The notes under the pieces: generated by a model
What the model saw: only the letters and a program-made list of their open reading frames with translations
Told to the model about the DNA's origin: nothing
Database searches by the model: none
Origin: Felis catus
Lineage: Eukaryota
Length of the DNA: 64,000 bases
NCBI RefSeq assembly: GCF_018350175.1
Contig: NC_058368.1
Span: forward strand, 154,568,001 to 154,632,000
Direction: 5' to 3'
Shown: positions 35,411 through 48,539 of the stretch, piece after piece
How positions within the stretch are numbered: position 1 is the stretch's first letter
Layout: every line of letters begins with the position of its first letter
Program-made: the position numbers and the translations under genes

Positions 35411-37601
35411 GCTACCAAGAACCTAGAAGACTTACACAGATCTGTTACTGAAAAAGAATATGTATTGCCTGTAGAAAAAAAAAAAAAATCTCTTAAAAGA
35501 TCTTACATGTAGAAGCTCTTAAGAAAGTAAAGGTTTACTGCTACTTACGTATCCCAATTAAACACAACTGGAATTTTAAACACATGATTACTATCACTTG
35601 ATCAGATGCTCATCAGTGAGAAGAGCAGAGAATATACCTGGAAACAGCTGTATTCTCAATACATGTCCACCAGTAGCTACTTCTCTGAGCTTGCAGGGTC
35701 TCCAAGTGAAAAATGAATTGGTTGATAGGAACTTTGGTCACAAAGACACATTCTAATGTCAAATATGAAATTTTAAATCCAATTACTTTAATCTCAAACA
35801 AATGGACAATAATTCAGCCCTATTTCTAAATCTGCAGAAAGCAGGAGTAATACAATAATGCTATAGGGGATTAAGGTGTACCCACTCATACAGTCTATGA
35901 TTATGAGTTTATGGACCAATATTAAAGAGCAAGATTACTGCACATATTAGAGATGGTTTCCATAAACAAGTAAAATCAAGTCAACAGACTTGATTGCCTT
36001 TATTACAAAGAGTAAGAAAGAAGGAAATCTGCGATTCCATTTCTTTTAGCTTAGTGATTTTTAGGTTTGTTTACTATGTGCCAAACACAACTTAAAATTA
36101 AAGTAATAATTTAGAAGTTATTGCTTTAAAGCAAAGGAAGAAAGGGGTCTCTGCAGGGAAGTGTTTCCCTAGAGTCTTCCTAATACTGATTAACACTAGT
36201 TTTTGAAATGTTAATTAGTTTTGAGCTGAACAGCTAGTCATTGTCTAAAAGGGCATGGAGCAAAACTTTTTCAAAGTTTGGACTAAGGACTATTTAACTC
36301 CTTAATGCCAAAGACTGGCCATTTACTCCATTGCTGGCCACTGAACCATGAGAATGCCAGGACTGATTAGCTATGGTGATTAGCAGACTGACATTAGGAC
36401 TAGAATCACTTGTCTTTGCTTACATTGGCAGAATACCTAAAGAAATGTCTAACATTTATCAGGGCAATGCATTTCATTTAGTAGTATTACGGAAGGCCTA
36501 TTTTTAAACCTCATGGACTATGAATAGTTTTAATACAATTTATACAATTTTTGAACTGAGATCCTGAAATTACTATATTTCAGTGATTGTCTTTCTCATT
36601 TAATTGGCATAATGGTAGAAAATGGAGGGTTTTTTTCCTTAGGCTGTATCTTAGAGACCATATTTATTACCCTTTGTAAATCTGTGCCATCTAAATTTCA
36701 CATTTTCCTATTCCTTCTCAGTAGAGTAAAACACTGTTAAAAGAATATTCACTACAAACTCCATAAAAGAATTCTTATGGGAAATATGACTTAATAGAAA
36801 ATGGTTACAAGCTAAGACAATGGAAATCAGAACAGTAGTAGGTATTAAGAAACATTTGCTTGACTTATAAATGATTGTTCATAAAGCAAAAATGCCAAAA
36901 TATCTAGATGATGAAATGTATAAATTCAGCATTTTCTCCATTTTACTACACAGGAATAGAGGTTAAGAAATTTGCACAGTCTTAGAACTAAGCAACAAGG
37001 CTTATATTTGAAAATATTCTTTCTACTAATATAGTCTTCATTATGTCTTCCTCTATTATTGCTTAAGCACACATTACCACTTTCTTGATTTTCATATTTG
37101 GATGTAACTCATTTTCTTTAACAGTATTTGAGACAAGAATCTATTCTTACACAAACTGAAAATACTACATGGGGAGAATAGTCTGTTGTACAAGATTCTA
37201 TGTAAATATCTATTTAAGCACACTCAACTATGAAAAGGTGATGAAATACTATAAATATAAGCTACATTCATGCGATAATAGCAAAGAACTAGAATACAAA
37301 TAAACCCAAGTGGAAAAGTTTGAGAAATATTCTAATACTGGCAAGGTGCATAGTGCAGCACCTAAAGACACAAGTAGTAGAAAATAAAGGAATGACCAGA
37401 ATAGAAGATTAGCTCATGAGAGTAGAGTTTGTACAAGACTATGCCATCCGTCTAGAATTTGCTGAAAAAGCTATGCCTGGAGCAGAAAGAGAAACCAGAA
37501 ATCAGAAACTGAAGAACAGAGGAAGAATGAAAAGAATGAATCTTAGAGATGCTACAGAAAAATATTCTCAAATTTATATTTAATGGTAGCCTTTTTATAT
37601 G

Positions 37602-38055
37602 TTTTCTTTTTTTTAATTTTCAAAGTTTATGTATTTATTTTGTTTTTTTTTTTTTTTTTATTTTTTTTTCAACGTTTATTTTTGGGACAGAGAGAGACAG
37701 AGCATGAACGGGGGAGGGGCAGAGAGAGAGGGAGACACAGAATCGGAAACAGGCTCCAGGCTTTGAGCCATCAGCCCAGAGCCCGACGCGGGGCTCAAAC
37801 TCACGGACCTCGAGATCGTGACCTGGCTGAAGTCGGAGGCTCAACCGACTGTGCCACCCAGGCGCCCCTATGTATATATTTTGAGAGAGCAAGTGAGCAG
37901 GCGCGCACAGGGGAGGGGCAAAGAGAGAATCCGAAGCAGGCTCTGCTCTGTCAGCATAGAGCCTGATGTAGGGCTCAAACTCAGAAGCCCTGAAATCATG
38001 ACCTGACCTGAAACCAAGAGTTGGACACTTAATCAACTGAGCCACCCAGGCGCCC
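37602..38055 (-). mobile_element. Older CanSINE whose tail hosts a young CanSINE
   Basis: Body 37884-38055 ends gagccacccaggcgccc; remainder of the tail at 37602-37642. Confidence 0.9.
37643..37868 (-). mobile_element. Young felid CanSINE
   Basis: Diagnostic caacgtttatttttgggacagag, gagccatcagcccagagcccgacgcgg and gtgacctggctgaagtcgg; TSD tatgtatttattttg (37628-37642) / tatgtatatattttg (37869-37883). Confidence 0.97.
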
Positions 38056-39084
38056 TTATATAAGCATTCTTAATAACGTTGGATTTCTCCTTACCAAATC
38101 ACATGTAATTAGTTTTTCAGATTACTGTTCTTAACCTTATTTGTTGGGGGGGGGGGGGGGGAGAAGACATTATTGCATTTTTCCTCACTTCCTTCCCAGT
38201 CTCTTGAATCTAATTGTGGTCATTTTCTTTTGTAGGTACTATATATATTGTCCTTTACCAGAGGATGGTGTAAACTTCCATTTTGACCTACTTGCATTTT
38301 TCTCAGCCTTCTAGGACATGTGGATGGATCTGTTAACATTTTTGTAGCATTAATAACAATTCTACAGAAACAGAGCCAAGCACGAAACAGGTCCATGGAG
38401 CTCAGCAGTGCAGATGGCAGCCAGAGATCCAGGGAATGGGTGGAATGTGGTTAAAATCTTCTTTAGGAGTCACTTCAAGGGGAGATGTTTGGAGAAAAAA
38501 AAAAGGAGCCAAACAACACTCCATACAGCAACATGATTAGGTTGCTTCAGCTTCTACCATCTTATCACTTAGTTTATAAACCATATTACTCAGGTCTGTG
38601 TTAAGTTAGTACTTTGACCAAGTCAGCTATTGATGTCCAAACTTTTCAGTGGGGGGTTGGAATGGAAAAAAACATTAGAATGACCAAGTTACTCAGTTAC
38701 CTAAATAAGCTATAACCCATACACCATATTAAATAAATAGCAATTTTCTGAAATGTCTTTTTAATTTACCCCAAGCGTGTTCTTCTTACACACCAATTAA
38801 ATCTATTAGCCCACAGTTTGTTGAGTTTAAAATAGTAACATCAAGAACTACCAACAATATACTAGCAAATCTGTTTAAGGGCATAAATGTGCATGCATGT
38901 GTGTGTTAGACAGTAGTTATATGCATAAATGCATATTTAAGTATTCCTTTGATTTTGCTAAGATCTTTTTACAGAGCTCTCATCATTAAACAAATATTTC
39001 AAATGTTTTTTTTTTTACCCTCAAAGGGATAATTTTCTGATCATTCTTGTATTTACTACTATTGGAACCAAGTGTATATATTGT

Positions 39085-39200
39085 GGGAAGCCTTTGCTGT
39101 CAGTCAAAGCAGAGTCTGAGTACAGGCTCCACCACTTATGCGACCTTGAGCCAGTTACTTTGCTTCTCTGATCACCATCTGTAACATGAAGATAATAGCA
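39085..39200 (+). mobile_element. MIR fragment
   Basis: ggctccaccacttatgcgaccttgagccagttactt...catctgtaacatgaagataatag. Confidence 0.7.
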
Positions 39201-39730
39201 TGGATTCTAAAAATGCAAATAAGCAAACTCTGCATAAGGAAATATAAGGAGATTGTATGCTGTCTGCCTCGGATAAGGCGGCCCACTCTCTCCCAGGACA
39301 GTGACTCATCATCCAGAAAGTCACTAATCTGCTGTCCAACCTGCTTTTCTCAACACCTCCAAAGCAGATTAATATCAGGATATACTTACATTTCCCAAGC
39401 TCAAGAAGCTTTAAATAAAGCTTCATTAATGGAGAAATAACTGACAGAGGGAACAGAATATTCTATGTTTGGATAGTACACCCAATTTCCCCTTATGGAC
39501 AAATGTTCATTTATTCATTTATAATCAAACTAACTGTCATAGATACCAAGCAGAGGGGGCCAGGCTATTCCCTTCTTGTCCGTAGATAACAAGTGAAGCC
39601 AATCAACCAATGAGAAATTTCTTTGTACATATGGAACCAAAGCAAAGGGGAATTATATTGATCAAATGTTTTAACATCATCATGCTAAAAGCCCAATGAT
39701 GCAACCCATCTCACAATAGAAAGGACTTTA

Positions 39731-39935
39731 ATAATACTAGTAGCTAACCCTGTGGAACACTTATGTGCTATGCACTGTTCTAAGTACTTTATATTAATTA
39801 GCTCATTTAATATTTATAAAAGCTCTTATAAGAAGTTCTATTATTATCATCTCCATTTTATAGTGAAGAAACTGGCACAGAGTAGTTAATTAATTTGGTT
39901 AAGATCACAAAGCAAGAACATGGCAGACAGAGAAT
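39731..39935 (-). mobile_element. MIR
   Basis: cacttatgtgctatgcactgttctaagtacttt...ctcatttaat...attattatcatctccattttatagtgaagaaactggcacagag...aagatcaca. Confidence 0.85.
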
Positions 39936-40389
39936 GAGCTTGTCAATGGGGCCTAAACGCTCAGTATCTGTGGGTTGGACTCAGTTTCTCCTCTGGACAG
40001 CTTTTGTGCTGTGGACACTGTCAACCTCTGCCTTTGTTTCTCATTTTCAGTATTACCCTTGATATGGACTCCTTTGGGTTCTCTGACGAAGGGACGTTTA
40101 AGTCACAGTTAAAGAAAATCAATAATCCTACAACCAAGAAGTAGTACCTCAGGTAACAAAGAATAGTGTGTGCAGTGTTGGGTACAAAAGAAAAGATGAA
40201 AGCAAACAGAATGCTGTCTAGGTCTAGTCATCTATTTGACTCCCAGGCAAACGTTGCCGAACTGGGAACCACTCTGTCCATGGCATAGCTCCATTATGAT
40301 TTCAGTATTTTGCCCTCAAAGGGAAATCATACTTATTTCATTGGGTTGCAGGTATGGGATGGGAGGTAAGGGAAACAGCAGTGGCAGCA

Positions 40390-40610
40390 AAGCAGGATAG
40401 TAGCTTTAAAAAATGCAGGTTTTGGCATCGTATCCAGTTAGAATTCTGGGTCAACCTCTTACTAGCTAAGTTTGGGCTAATTATTAATTTCTCTAACCTT
40501 GGCTTTGCTCACTACGAAATGGAGAAAATATCAACCTCAGAGGATTATTGTGTGAAGCTCTGGGTCTCAACATCAATCACACAGTCCATGCACAATACTG
40601 GGTAGTTAAT
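40390..40610 (+). mobile_element. MIR
   Basis: gaattctgggtcaacctcttactagct...ctctaaccttggctttgctcactacgaaatggagaaaata...acctcagaggattattgtg. Confidence 0.75.
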
Positions 40611-41288
40611 TCGTCTACATATACTGTGTAACTAGCTAACTCTCTTCCTCAGAGACTTACTCCTGTACCTTCAAACTTCCCTTTCATAAGGTGTCATTTC
40701 TGCACACCTTCAGGAAAATGAGGACTTCAATCCTCAAGAAACACAGAAACCTCCTAGACCTTACATTCACCTCTAGCTACAACTTACCTCTTTGCTACAC
40801 TTGAAGTGACATTTTCATGATTTCATTTACTCACACTGCTGTCCCTCCCTGCTTCCTTGGTATCAGATTTTATTTGCCACATTTATCACTCCTCTAATTT
40901 GGTTACTGTTAAGGCCACCAAATGGCTCCATGTTGCTCGACAAGATACCCATTCTTCATGTGATGCTGCCAGGGCATTTTAGGAGTCTATGACGTTGCAA
41001 GGCATGGTCTACTCCCTTTGGTCGCTCATTAGGTAACTCCTTCATTTCCACGCCACTCAAGAAAGATACTGCTGCAGCCAAAAGTTTCTCCTGAGCCTCA
41101 AATTCAAGAATTTGTCTGTTTCATAACTAAACCTGTTCTTACATATAATTATGTCCAGTGCTAAATCTTTGACTTATTTTCCAAAATTTGTTTCTCCTTC
41201 ATTCTTCATTTTTCCCCCATCAGCCAGTATCATCTTCATTTCAATCAACTTCCAATGCTAGAAACTTCAGGCATTCTTTTCAAAGAAC

Positions 41289-41374
41289 CAATGAGGGGCT
41301 TGAACCCACAAGCCAGGAGATCATGACCTGAGCCAAAGTCAAATGCTCAACTGACTGAGCCACCCAGGCGCCCC
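41289..41374 (-). mobile_element. CanSINE 5' (tRNA-related) part only
   Basis: ggggcttgaacccac...gagatcatgacctgagcc...gagccacccaggcgcccc; no (CT)n or tail. Confidence 0.85.
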
Positions 41375-42590
41375 TAATCATTTCTTTCCTTCTTCTTGGT
41401 TTAGATGTAAATTGCTCTTCTTTTTCTCATTTTTTAAGGTGAGAACTAAGTTATGCATTTTAGATCTTCTCTCCTGTTATACATGTAGTGCTATCAGTTT
41501 CCCTTTAAGAACAACTTTCACTATATCCTGTAAATTTAGTAAATTCTATTTTTCTTTTTATTTGGTTCCAAGTATTTTCCAGTTTGAGACATCTTCTTTG
41601 ATCCATCCATCATTTAGGAATATGTGTTTACTTCCCAAACATTTGTGACTTCCCAAGTAGCTTTCAGTTATTTTTAGTTTAATTACATCATGGTCTAAGT
41701 GAAGGTGCCTTCTATGATGCAGCAAGAATGTGGGCTACCTTGGTGAAAGTTCTATTCAAGGGTATTATAGGACTTCAACTCTTGTGTGATAAGGAGGTCT
41801 ATAAATTAGATTAATTCAATGGATATGGCTGTTGTATCATTTATATATCTACTGATTTTATGCCTGGTGGATCTATTAATAACACGGATAAGGAAGTCAC
41901 CAATGGTATTAGGGGATTCGTCTATTCTAATTTTCAGCGTTATCAGTTTTTCTTCCATATATTTTACTGCTCTGTTAGGTTCATAGACACTGTTTTTTAG
42001 TTAATACTGTTTAAGATTATTGTGTCTCCTTGAACAATCAACCCCTTTATCATTATGTAATACCTCTATCCCTGATAATTTTCTTTGTTGTGAAGGCTAC
42101 TTCCTTTGGAATTAATACAGCTTTCCAGCCTTCTTTTAGTCAGTGTTAGCATAGTATATCTTTCTCCAAACCTTTTCTTCTCATTGTTTGCTCTTTGAAT
42201 TTCAGCTTGAGAAGTTTCTATTGACGTACTTAAAAGCTCACAGATTCTTTTTTCAGCTATGTCTACTCTATTGGCAAGCCCATCAGAGGCATTCTCCATT
42301 TGTTTCAGTGTGGTTTTTTTTTTGGTCAAGTATTTAATTTTCATTTTTCAGTTCTCATTATCAAGCAGAACACTACCAATTTGTTCTGGCATGTAGTTCA
42401 CTCTTTCCAGTAAAACCCTTAGCGTATTCATCATAATTCCTTTAAAATCCTTGTCTGATATTTTCAAGACCTAGGTCATATCTGAACTGGTTCTGTTGAC
42501 TGCTTTGTTTCTTCATATGGTTTGTTTTGCCTTTAGAATGCCTAATTTTTTGGTTGGAAGATGGACTTATGCTGAGTAATAGGAGTGATG

Positions 42591-42697
42591 CTGAGCTATC
42601 AGCACAGAGCCTGCTGTAGGGCTTTAACTCACAAACTTTGAGATCATGACCTGAGCTGAAGTCAGATGCTCAACTGACTGAGCCACCCGGGTGCCCC
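42591..42697 (-). mobile_element. CanSINE, 3'-truncated
   Basis: ctgagctatcagcacagagcc...gagccacccgggtgcccc; no (CT)n or tail. Confidence 0.88.
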
Positions 42698-44949
42698 AAT
42701 ACACCTTTAATACAAGGATTTAGGCTACCTATTACTGACAGGGGCTTCAAATTCCTCTAGTGCTCCTATTTTTGTCCCTATTCCTTACTTCATATGGGGT
42801 TTTCTAAGTGGGTTTGTTTGCTTTTAACTGTTCTTTGATCACTTAAAGTGGGTTTCTGGTAGACAAAAATATAGTTGAGGTTTTTTTTTTTTTTTTTTTA
42901 ATCAACTCTGACAACACCTGCCTTTTACTTAGTTCATTTAAACTTTTTGATTTAAGGTGACAATCAATACAGTTGCATTAATATCCCGCATATTTGTATT
43001 CTAATTATGAGTGTGTTACACCTTTATACCTATAAACCTTGAATATTAGGGGCTTTCAATCTCCCAATCTAATCTATCCAAAGTATTACTAAATCAGTGT
43101 TTAAAATATATTTTGCCCCTTCTTGCTTCCCTTCACTCAGGATCTTAGCATGATCTAAGTGCTATGTGATGCCCGTTAGTTTATTGCAATAGCTTCCTGA
43201 CTGTGAAAGTGTGAGCTGTCTTGTTTCTAGTATGCTTTTTTGCAACTCCCTTTTATGAATAAGGTAGAACATCTTCAAGTGGTTTACGAAGACCTACACA
43301 CTTTGCCTTCTAACTTCCCTCAAAACATTATCTTCTCTCAGGAGTCAAGTCCAATTCCCTTGCCTTCTTTTAAATCTTTTCCCGCGCCCATTACTCAAAT
43401 AGCATATCCCTCACTTAGGTTTCAGCTTCTCTCCATACCCCGCCACGCCACGCCCCGCCAAAGGTATTTATTACTCTTTTATTCTAATAAAACCCTGTTA
43501 TTTCTCTACAGACATCTATCATTGTTCTAAATTATGCACTACTCGTAATGCATTATTATCTGCATCCTCAAATTATTCACAAAGTCACATAAAATCAGGC
43601 AATATTTGTTTTATTCACTGCTGTACTCTCAACTTTCTGATTGTCACAAGGAAGGAGCTTAATACTTATTAGTGAAACTGAAACTACAAAAAAAATTATT
43701 ACTATTTAAGGACTCCTTAAAAATATCTACTGGACATCTACTGTATTTTATGGAACCCCACTCCCCTCCTGACTCACAAAAGGAAATTAAATTTCCCTCT
43801 TTTCAAATTAAGTTGTTGACAGCCAAAGAACACAGTCAGGCCTCCAGCTGAAAACGACACACTAATGGAGAAAAAGCGATGAGATGACGTATACAAACCG
43901 TTAATTAGGAAGCAGAAATGAGGGCAATCAGCCCCATAGGTGGGATTTAGTCACGTGGATACAGAGGTAAATTTTGATCTTGATTTGGTGGGAAAATAAC
44001 AGCCAGTGGGTAAAATTAAAAATCATGATGTCAGTTTCCATTTTGGAAATTTCTCTAGCAGTTTTTTAATAGCTATCTATACCTGAATACTGCTTAGGAA
44101 ACCATTCATTTGCATGAACATCCAAAGTAGAGGTCTTGGAGGGACTATTTGAAGTACATTTTAAATAAAACGACATTGTTTCTGACAAAATTTAAGTGTA
44201 TTCAAGTAATTCAAAAGGAGGGAGAGCAGTAAACTCTTAAAATGCTGGATAAAAGAGAAAAGATATTTCTAGATGCAGAAATGGGCTGTCAGAAAAGTAA
44301 ACAAGTATTTGGGGGCTCAAGGCAACAAGCAAGTCCAAAACCAAGGAGGTAAGAACTAATGGTATTTGCCCTGGGGGATATGCCCATCTCCATCAACCTA
44401 GCACCTGTGTCCACCTAAGCACAGAGAACAGATTTGGGACCAGAGGAATAGACAAATGAGCCAAGTACAGCGTAGTGCTATACTCCAGAAGGAGAACACA
44501 CTCAGTCAACAATGTAGTCAAAACCTGCCGAAGAGAAGAAAATGGTAGAAATACTTGCCTATCTTCGTAGAGAAACTGTCAACAATCACTTTTGTTTGGA
44601 TTCATTAATTCCAATTAACCATTTGACAAGAAAAAAAAAAGTGGAAAATTTAAATATTTTTTGAGAATTAAAGGTGAAAAAGGTCTCTTTAATTTTGTGT
44701 GTCAGAGAGTTCCTACAGATAAAGCAAAGGATACATTTATAATCAAGTGTTACCCCCCAAAAACTCACAACAAGTAATATCCTATTTCAATTGACAATCA
44801 GTTGAAACAAGTAAACAAAACCAAGAAACTCCACAGAAGACTTAAGACCTAAAGAGATGGAATAAATAGGTATTTAATATAAAGAAATTAAACATAGTAT
44901 TAAAAGAATAATGAAGAACAAGAGACTATAAAAATGACTAGGCATATAT

Positions 44950-45552
44950 CACTAAATGATATTCTTGCCAAAATGTTTAATTTAGTCATGAAGAAACAGA
45001 CAAAGCCAGACTGTTCAACATTCTACAACATTTTACATGCCAACTGTCCTTGCTGCTTCAAAAATAACAATGCCATGAAATGCAAAAAAAAAAAAAAAAA
45101 AAAAAAGTCAAGTTCTAGATTGGGTTTTTCAACCTCGGCACTAATGACATTCTGGACTGCAAAATTCTTTGTTTTACTTGATGGTCCTGTACACTGTAGG
45201 GTGTTTAGCACAATCTCCAGTCTCTACCCACTAGGTGCCAATAGCTCTGTCCACACACCCCCACACATTTTAAACAAACATGTCTGAATAATGGCACATA
45301 TCTCAGAGGACAAAATTGCCCCAGTGAAAAACACTGTTGTAGATTAAAATTTCAAGTACCCAAAATTAATGTTAACTTCTCAAATTTCCTGGGACATATA
45401 AGCAAAATTACTGAGAGGTATCATGAGTATACATGTGCATGTGTGTATTTAGAGAGTGAGCAAATTAAGTGTGCTGTGATAACATTAATTATTAAATTTA
45501 GGTACAAAGCACTTTTGTGTTTGATTTTATTATACTGATCTTTCAACTTTAT
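44950..45552 (+). mobile_element. L1MC4/5-like 3' UTR fragment (hosts MER20)
   Basis: ttcttgccaaaatgtttaa...agaaacagacaaagcca...acattctacaa...cttcaaaaat...gttctagatt; ends tatactgatctttcaactttt. Confidence 0.6.
45121..45336 (+). mobile_element. MER20 (hAT-Charlie MITE)
   Basis: ttttcaacctcggcactaatgacattctggac...ctgtacactgtagggtgtttagca...ctctacccactaggtgcca...caaaattgccccagtgaaaaacactg; 8-bp TSD ttctagat / ttgtagat. Confidence 0.9.
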
Positions 45553-45925
45553 TACAGGGGTCCTCCAGCATTGAGACTGAAAATTCGTCCATTGATCCCT
45601 GAGGTACTGCCTCTAAGTGCAAGAAGTGGATGCAGTCCTGGAACCCTAAGGGGCCTCCTGGACTTTGTCCCCACTGGCCCTGAGCCCAACAGCCTATCTC
45701 ACCCATCTCTGGGCAGGAGCCAAGTACCCCCATCAATGTTTATGCTCCCAGGGCTCTTTCCTTTGTATTTGTTCTATAAAAGTTGTTGCCTTTGTAATGG
45801 ACTGTTACTTCAACCATCCCTGTAAGGTCCATCTGCACATTGATTGAAGAAATGCCATTCTTCTGACCTGTGTTTCATAGTTCTTGTAAAGGATTAGACA
45901 GACTCTTACCCAAGTTCACCTGAAC
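45553..45925 (+). mobile_element. Probable ERVL-type solo LTR
   Basis: GC-richer insert with TATA-like ctataaaag, ending aagttcacctgaaca; family not certain. Confidence 0.45.
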
Positions 45926-46169
45926 ACCTGAACTAATAATTTAGAATATAACATGCAGAGACAGAAGATAGAAAATGTGAAAAAGAGACTAAAATACCGA
46001 AAAAACCCCAGAAAACAGCGAGATGATCCCCCATATACCAAATGAGACTGCCAGAATTCGTAGAAAAAGTATAGTTAAGAATTTTTCCAGGGATTCATGA
46101 ATAATTTAAGTGCTGGAAATAAAAATCTAAATCAATTACAACTGACCCTCCCTAGCAAAATGTCTAAAG

Positions 46170-46992
46170 ATGTATTTCAGTAATATGCTGACTCCAAATT
46201 ACAACGTGTGTAGGTTTTTCCATGCCACCAAACAATTTTGACACCAACTGGGTGTCCTACAATTCAACTCAATTCTGACACCATTGTGATAGTAACAGAT
46301 CACACAGGTTAAGAACACAGTCCTACAAGAAGACTCCCCCTCTGTCTCTGCTCCTTTTCAAAACCAAGTTACATGGACTTCAGAGCTACTGGCAATAGAT
46401 TGGAGTTTCCAACCACCCCCTTCTTGGGTTGAATTAATTTGCTAGATCAACTCCTAGATCTAGATTTCACTAACTACATTACCAGTTTATTGTAAAAGGC
46501 TAGAACTCAGAAAAACCCAGATGGAAGAGATGCAGGGCAAAGGATAAGAAAAGGACACAGAGCTTCCCTGCCCTTTCCAGATGCACACTTCTCCCCAGCA
46601 ATCTCCACGTGTTCACCAATCCCCAAGTTCTTCAAACCCAGTCCTTTGGGTTTTTAAATGGATGCTTCGTTATTTAAGCATGATCGATTGATAACTGGTC
46701 ATTAGCAATCAATTCAGCCTTTAGCCCCTCTACCCTTCCAGTGGGGCATGGGTGTAGGGGAATGGGAACAGAAGTTTCCACTCTCCAAGCTCCTGGTTGG
46801 TTTCCGTGACAACCAGCCCCCATCTTAGAAGCTTTTGACAAGTCACTCATTAACATAAACTCACTTGTGGTTGAAAAGGGTTTGTTATGAATATTAAAAC
46901 ACCTTTACTGCTCTTGTCACATTCCAAGAGTTTTAAGAGCTCTGTGCCAGAAATGGGGACAAAAACCAAGTATGTATTTATTATAAATCACA
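46170..46992 (-). mobile_element. MER21B-like LTR
   Basis: gacaccaactgggtgtcctacaattcaactcaattctgacac; gattggagtttcc; cccagatggaagagatgca; ctccacgtgttcaccaa; gacaaccagcccccatc; ttccaagagttttaagagctctgtgccag. Confidence 0.88.
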
Positions 46993-48539
46993 TTATTCTA
47001 TTTGTGCAACAAGGAGACTCATACCAGAAGCAAAAAGGAATGAGATTCCTAGTCAAAAAATGTAAGACTAAAACATTGGGCAGCATTATGTAAATTGGCT
47101 GGGGATTTATAAGCATTAAAACATTCTAACATCCTCGTATTGCATTGATGAAGGATGCTTTTTATTTTACACTTTTTACTTTAAATACGCATGTTAAAAT
47201 TTTTTAGAGGTAGCAATACAGCAGTATAAAAAGACACATAACTACTCTATTGTCAATTAAAGACAAAAAACAAAACCCAAAATGAATACATTTCACACAT
47301 GTAACCAATCCAAAGATGGCAAAACCCAAAAAATCCTTAATATTTAGAGAAATGCGAGGAAAAAAACCAGTCATAGAATAAAAATCATATAGCAATATGT
47401 ATTATCAGCAATTAGAATACATCAAACACTCCACTGAAAAAAAAAAAAATAAAGCTTCCCAGGATGGATCCAACAACATCCCCACCCTTCATATGCTGAC
47501 ACAAAAAAACCAAATCTAGAACATAATGACAAAAACAAAAAACAAACAAAAACAAAACCAGAAGTAAATGGAAAAAAAAAAAACAGCGTAGCAAGCAAAT
47601 ACTAAACAAGAGCTCTAAGAACTTAAAATGGGTATTCAAAATACACTAAGGAAAAATAAATATATAAACAAACCTAATAGGCAAACATTGTTAAAACCAA
47701 CATGGTAGAGGAAGATATTAACACACTTCTCTCACTGATCTATAGATCAAACAAATCCAAAAGTTAAGAGAACCACCGTGCATATTAATAAACCTGAATA
47801 TAATACTTCTTATAAAAACAGCAAATAGATAAAACACTTTCTCTCCTTATCAGAGAGAACCCCTGAGCCCCCACCACGAAGATACAAGGAAGATTTACAT
47901 AGTTTGATAATATGCTAGGAGAATAGCAATTACAGAGAACTTTAAAAGAATTGAGATCATACAGATTACATTCTCAAGCCACTCCAAATTAGATTAAGAA
48001 TCATTGAACATGAGAAAACGTAAATGTTAAGAAAAAGTACTCATGGAAAATTAGTACATTACACCTGTTGGAAGCAGCAAAAACAGTACAGAAAAAAAAA
48101 TCACTTATGTAATTATATTAGACAAATGAGAAAATAGGTAAGAAATTAGAAAAGTAAGTGCAAAGAAAGTAAAAATGTATTACTGAAATAGAAATCCACT
48201 ATTAAATAAATAAAATCAGTAAAGCCAAAACCCTTTCTTAAAAAAGCATAATAAAACACAAAACCTTCAAGAATCAAGGGAAAAAAGACCTACAAAATTT
48301 AGAGTGAAAAAGGAAACCTAATTGCAGCTGTCATAGGTGTTAAAAAGAAGAGTATCATGAAAACATTCAGATCAGTAAATCTGAAAGTGTAGGGAAATGG
48401 ACACTTTCTCAGAAAATTAGAAATTACTAAATCTGACTTTTAGGAGAAATATAAAATTTGACTGCCATGACAATGGAATAAATTGTTTAAAAACAAACAA
48501 ACAACTTCCCATCTCAAGAGAGAAATTCTCTCAAGAAAA

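Larger units (their letters stand above)
41277..43000 (-). mobile_element. Old L1M: ORF2 endonuclease region plus an ORF1/5' fragment, rearranged
   Basis: ttttcaaagaacca...aattgctcttctttttc...tgctatcagtttccctttaag; acccctttatcattatgtaa. ORF 42066-42344 contains the ORF1p coiled-coil-like ENASDGLANRVDIAEKRICEL. Confidence 0.85.
40800..43685 (+). mobile_element. L2 relic split by an L1 insertion (pieces ~40800-41276 and ~43040-43685)
   Basis: L2-like aaggccaccaaatggctccatgttgc, ctcctgagcctca and ttattgcaatagcttcctgactg; terminal ttattcactgctgtactctc...gagcttaatacttattagtgaa. Confidence 0.6.
44230..48515 (+). mobile_element. Very old L1ME-like 5' portion (5'UTR-ORF1-ORF2 EN), multiply interrupted
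   Basis: A-rich degenerate L1 sequence: ORF1-like 45940-46130; EN-like aacacacttctctca, aaagaattgagatcatacag...ttctcaagccac, ggaagcagcaaaaacagtac, gaaatggacactttct. Confidence 0.65.

Noticed and set aside
35974..35995. 9-bp stem hairpin aatcaagtc-aaca-gacttgatt
   Set aside because: Too short for a pre-miRNA; chance level.
37583..38045. 127-aa and 136-aa ORFs
   Set aside because: Read-through of two nested CanSINEs.
38146..38161. G16 run (also G19 at 6087-6105) as a G-quadruplex
   Set aside because: Simple homopolymers, length error-prone, with no functional context.
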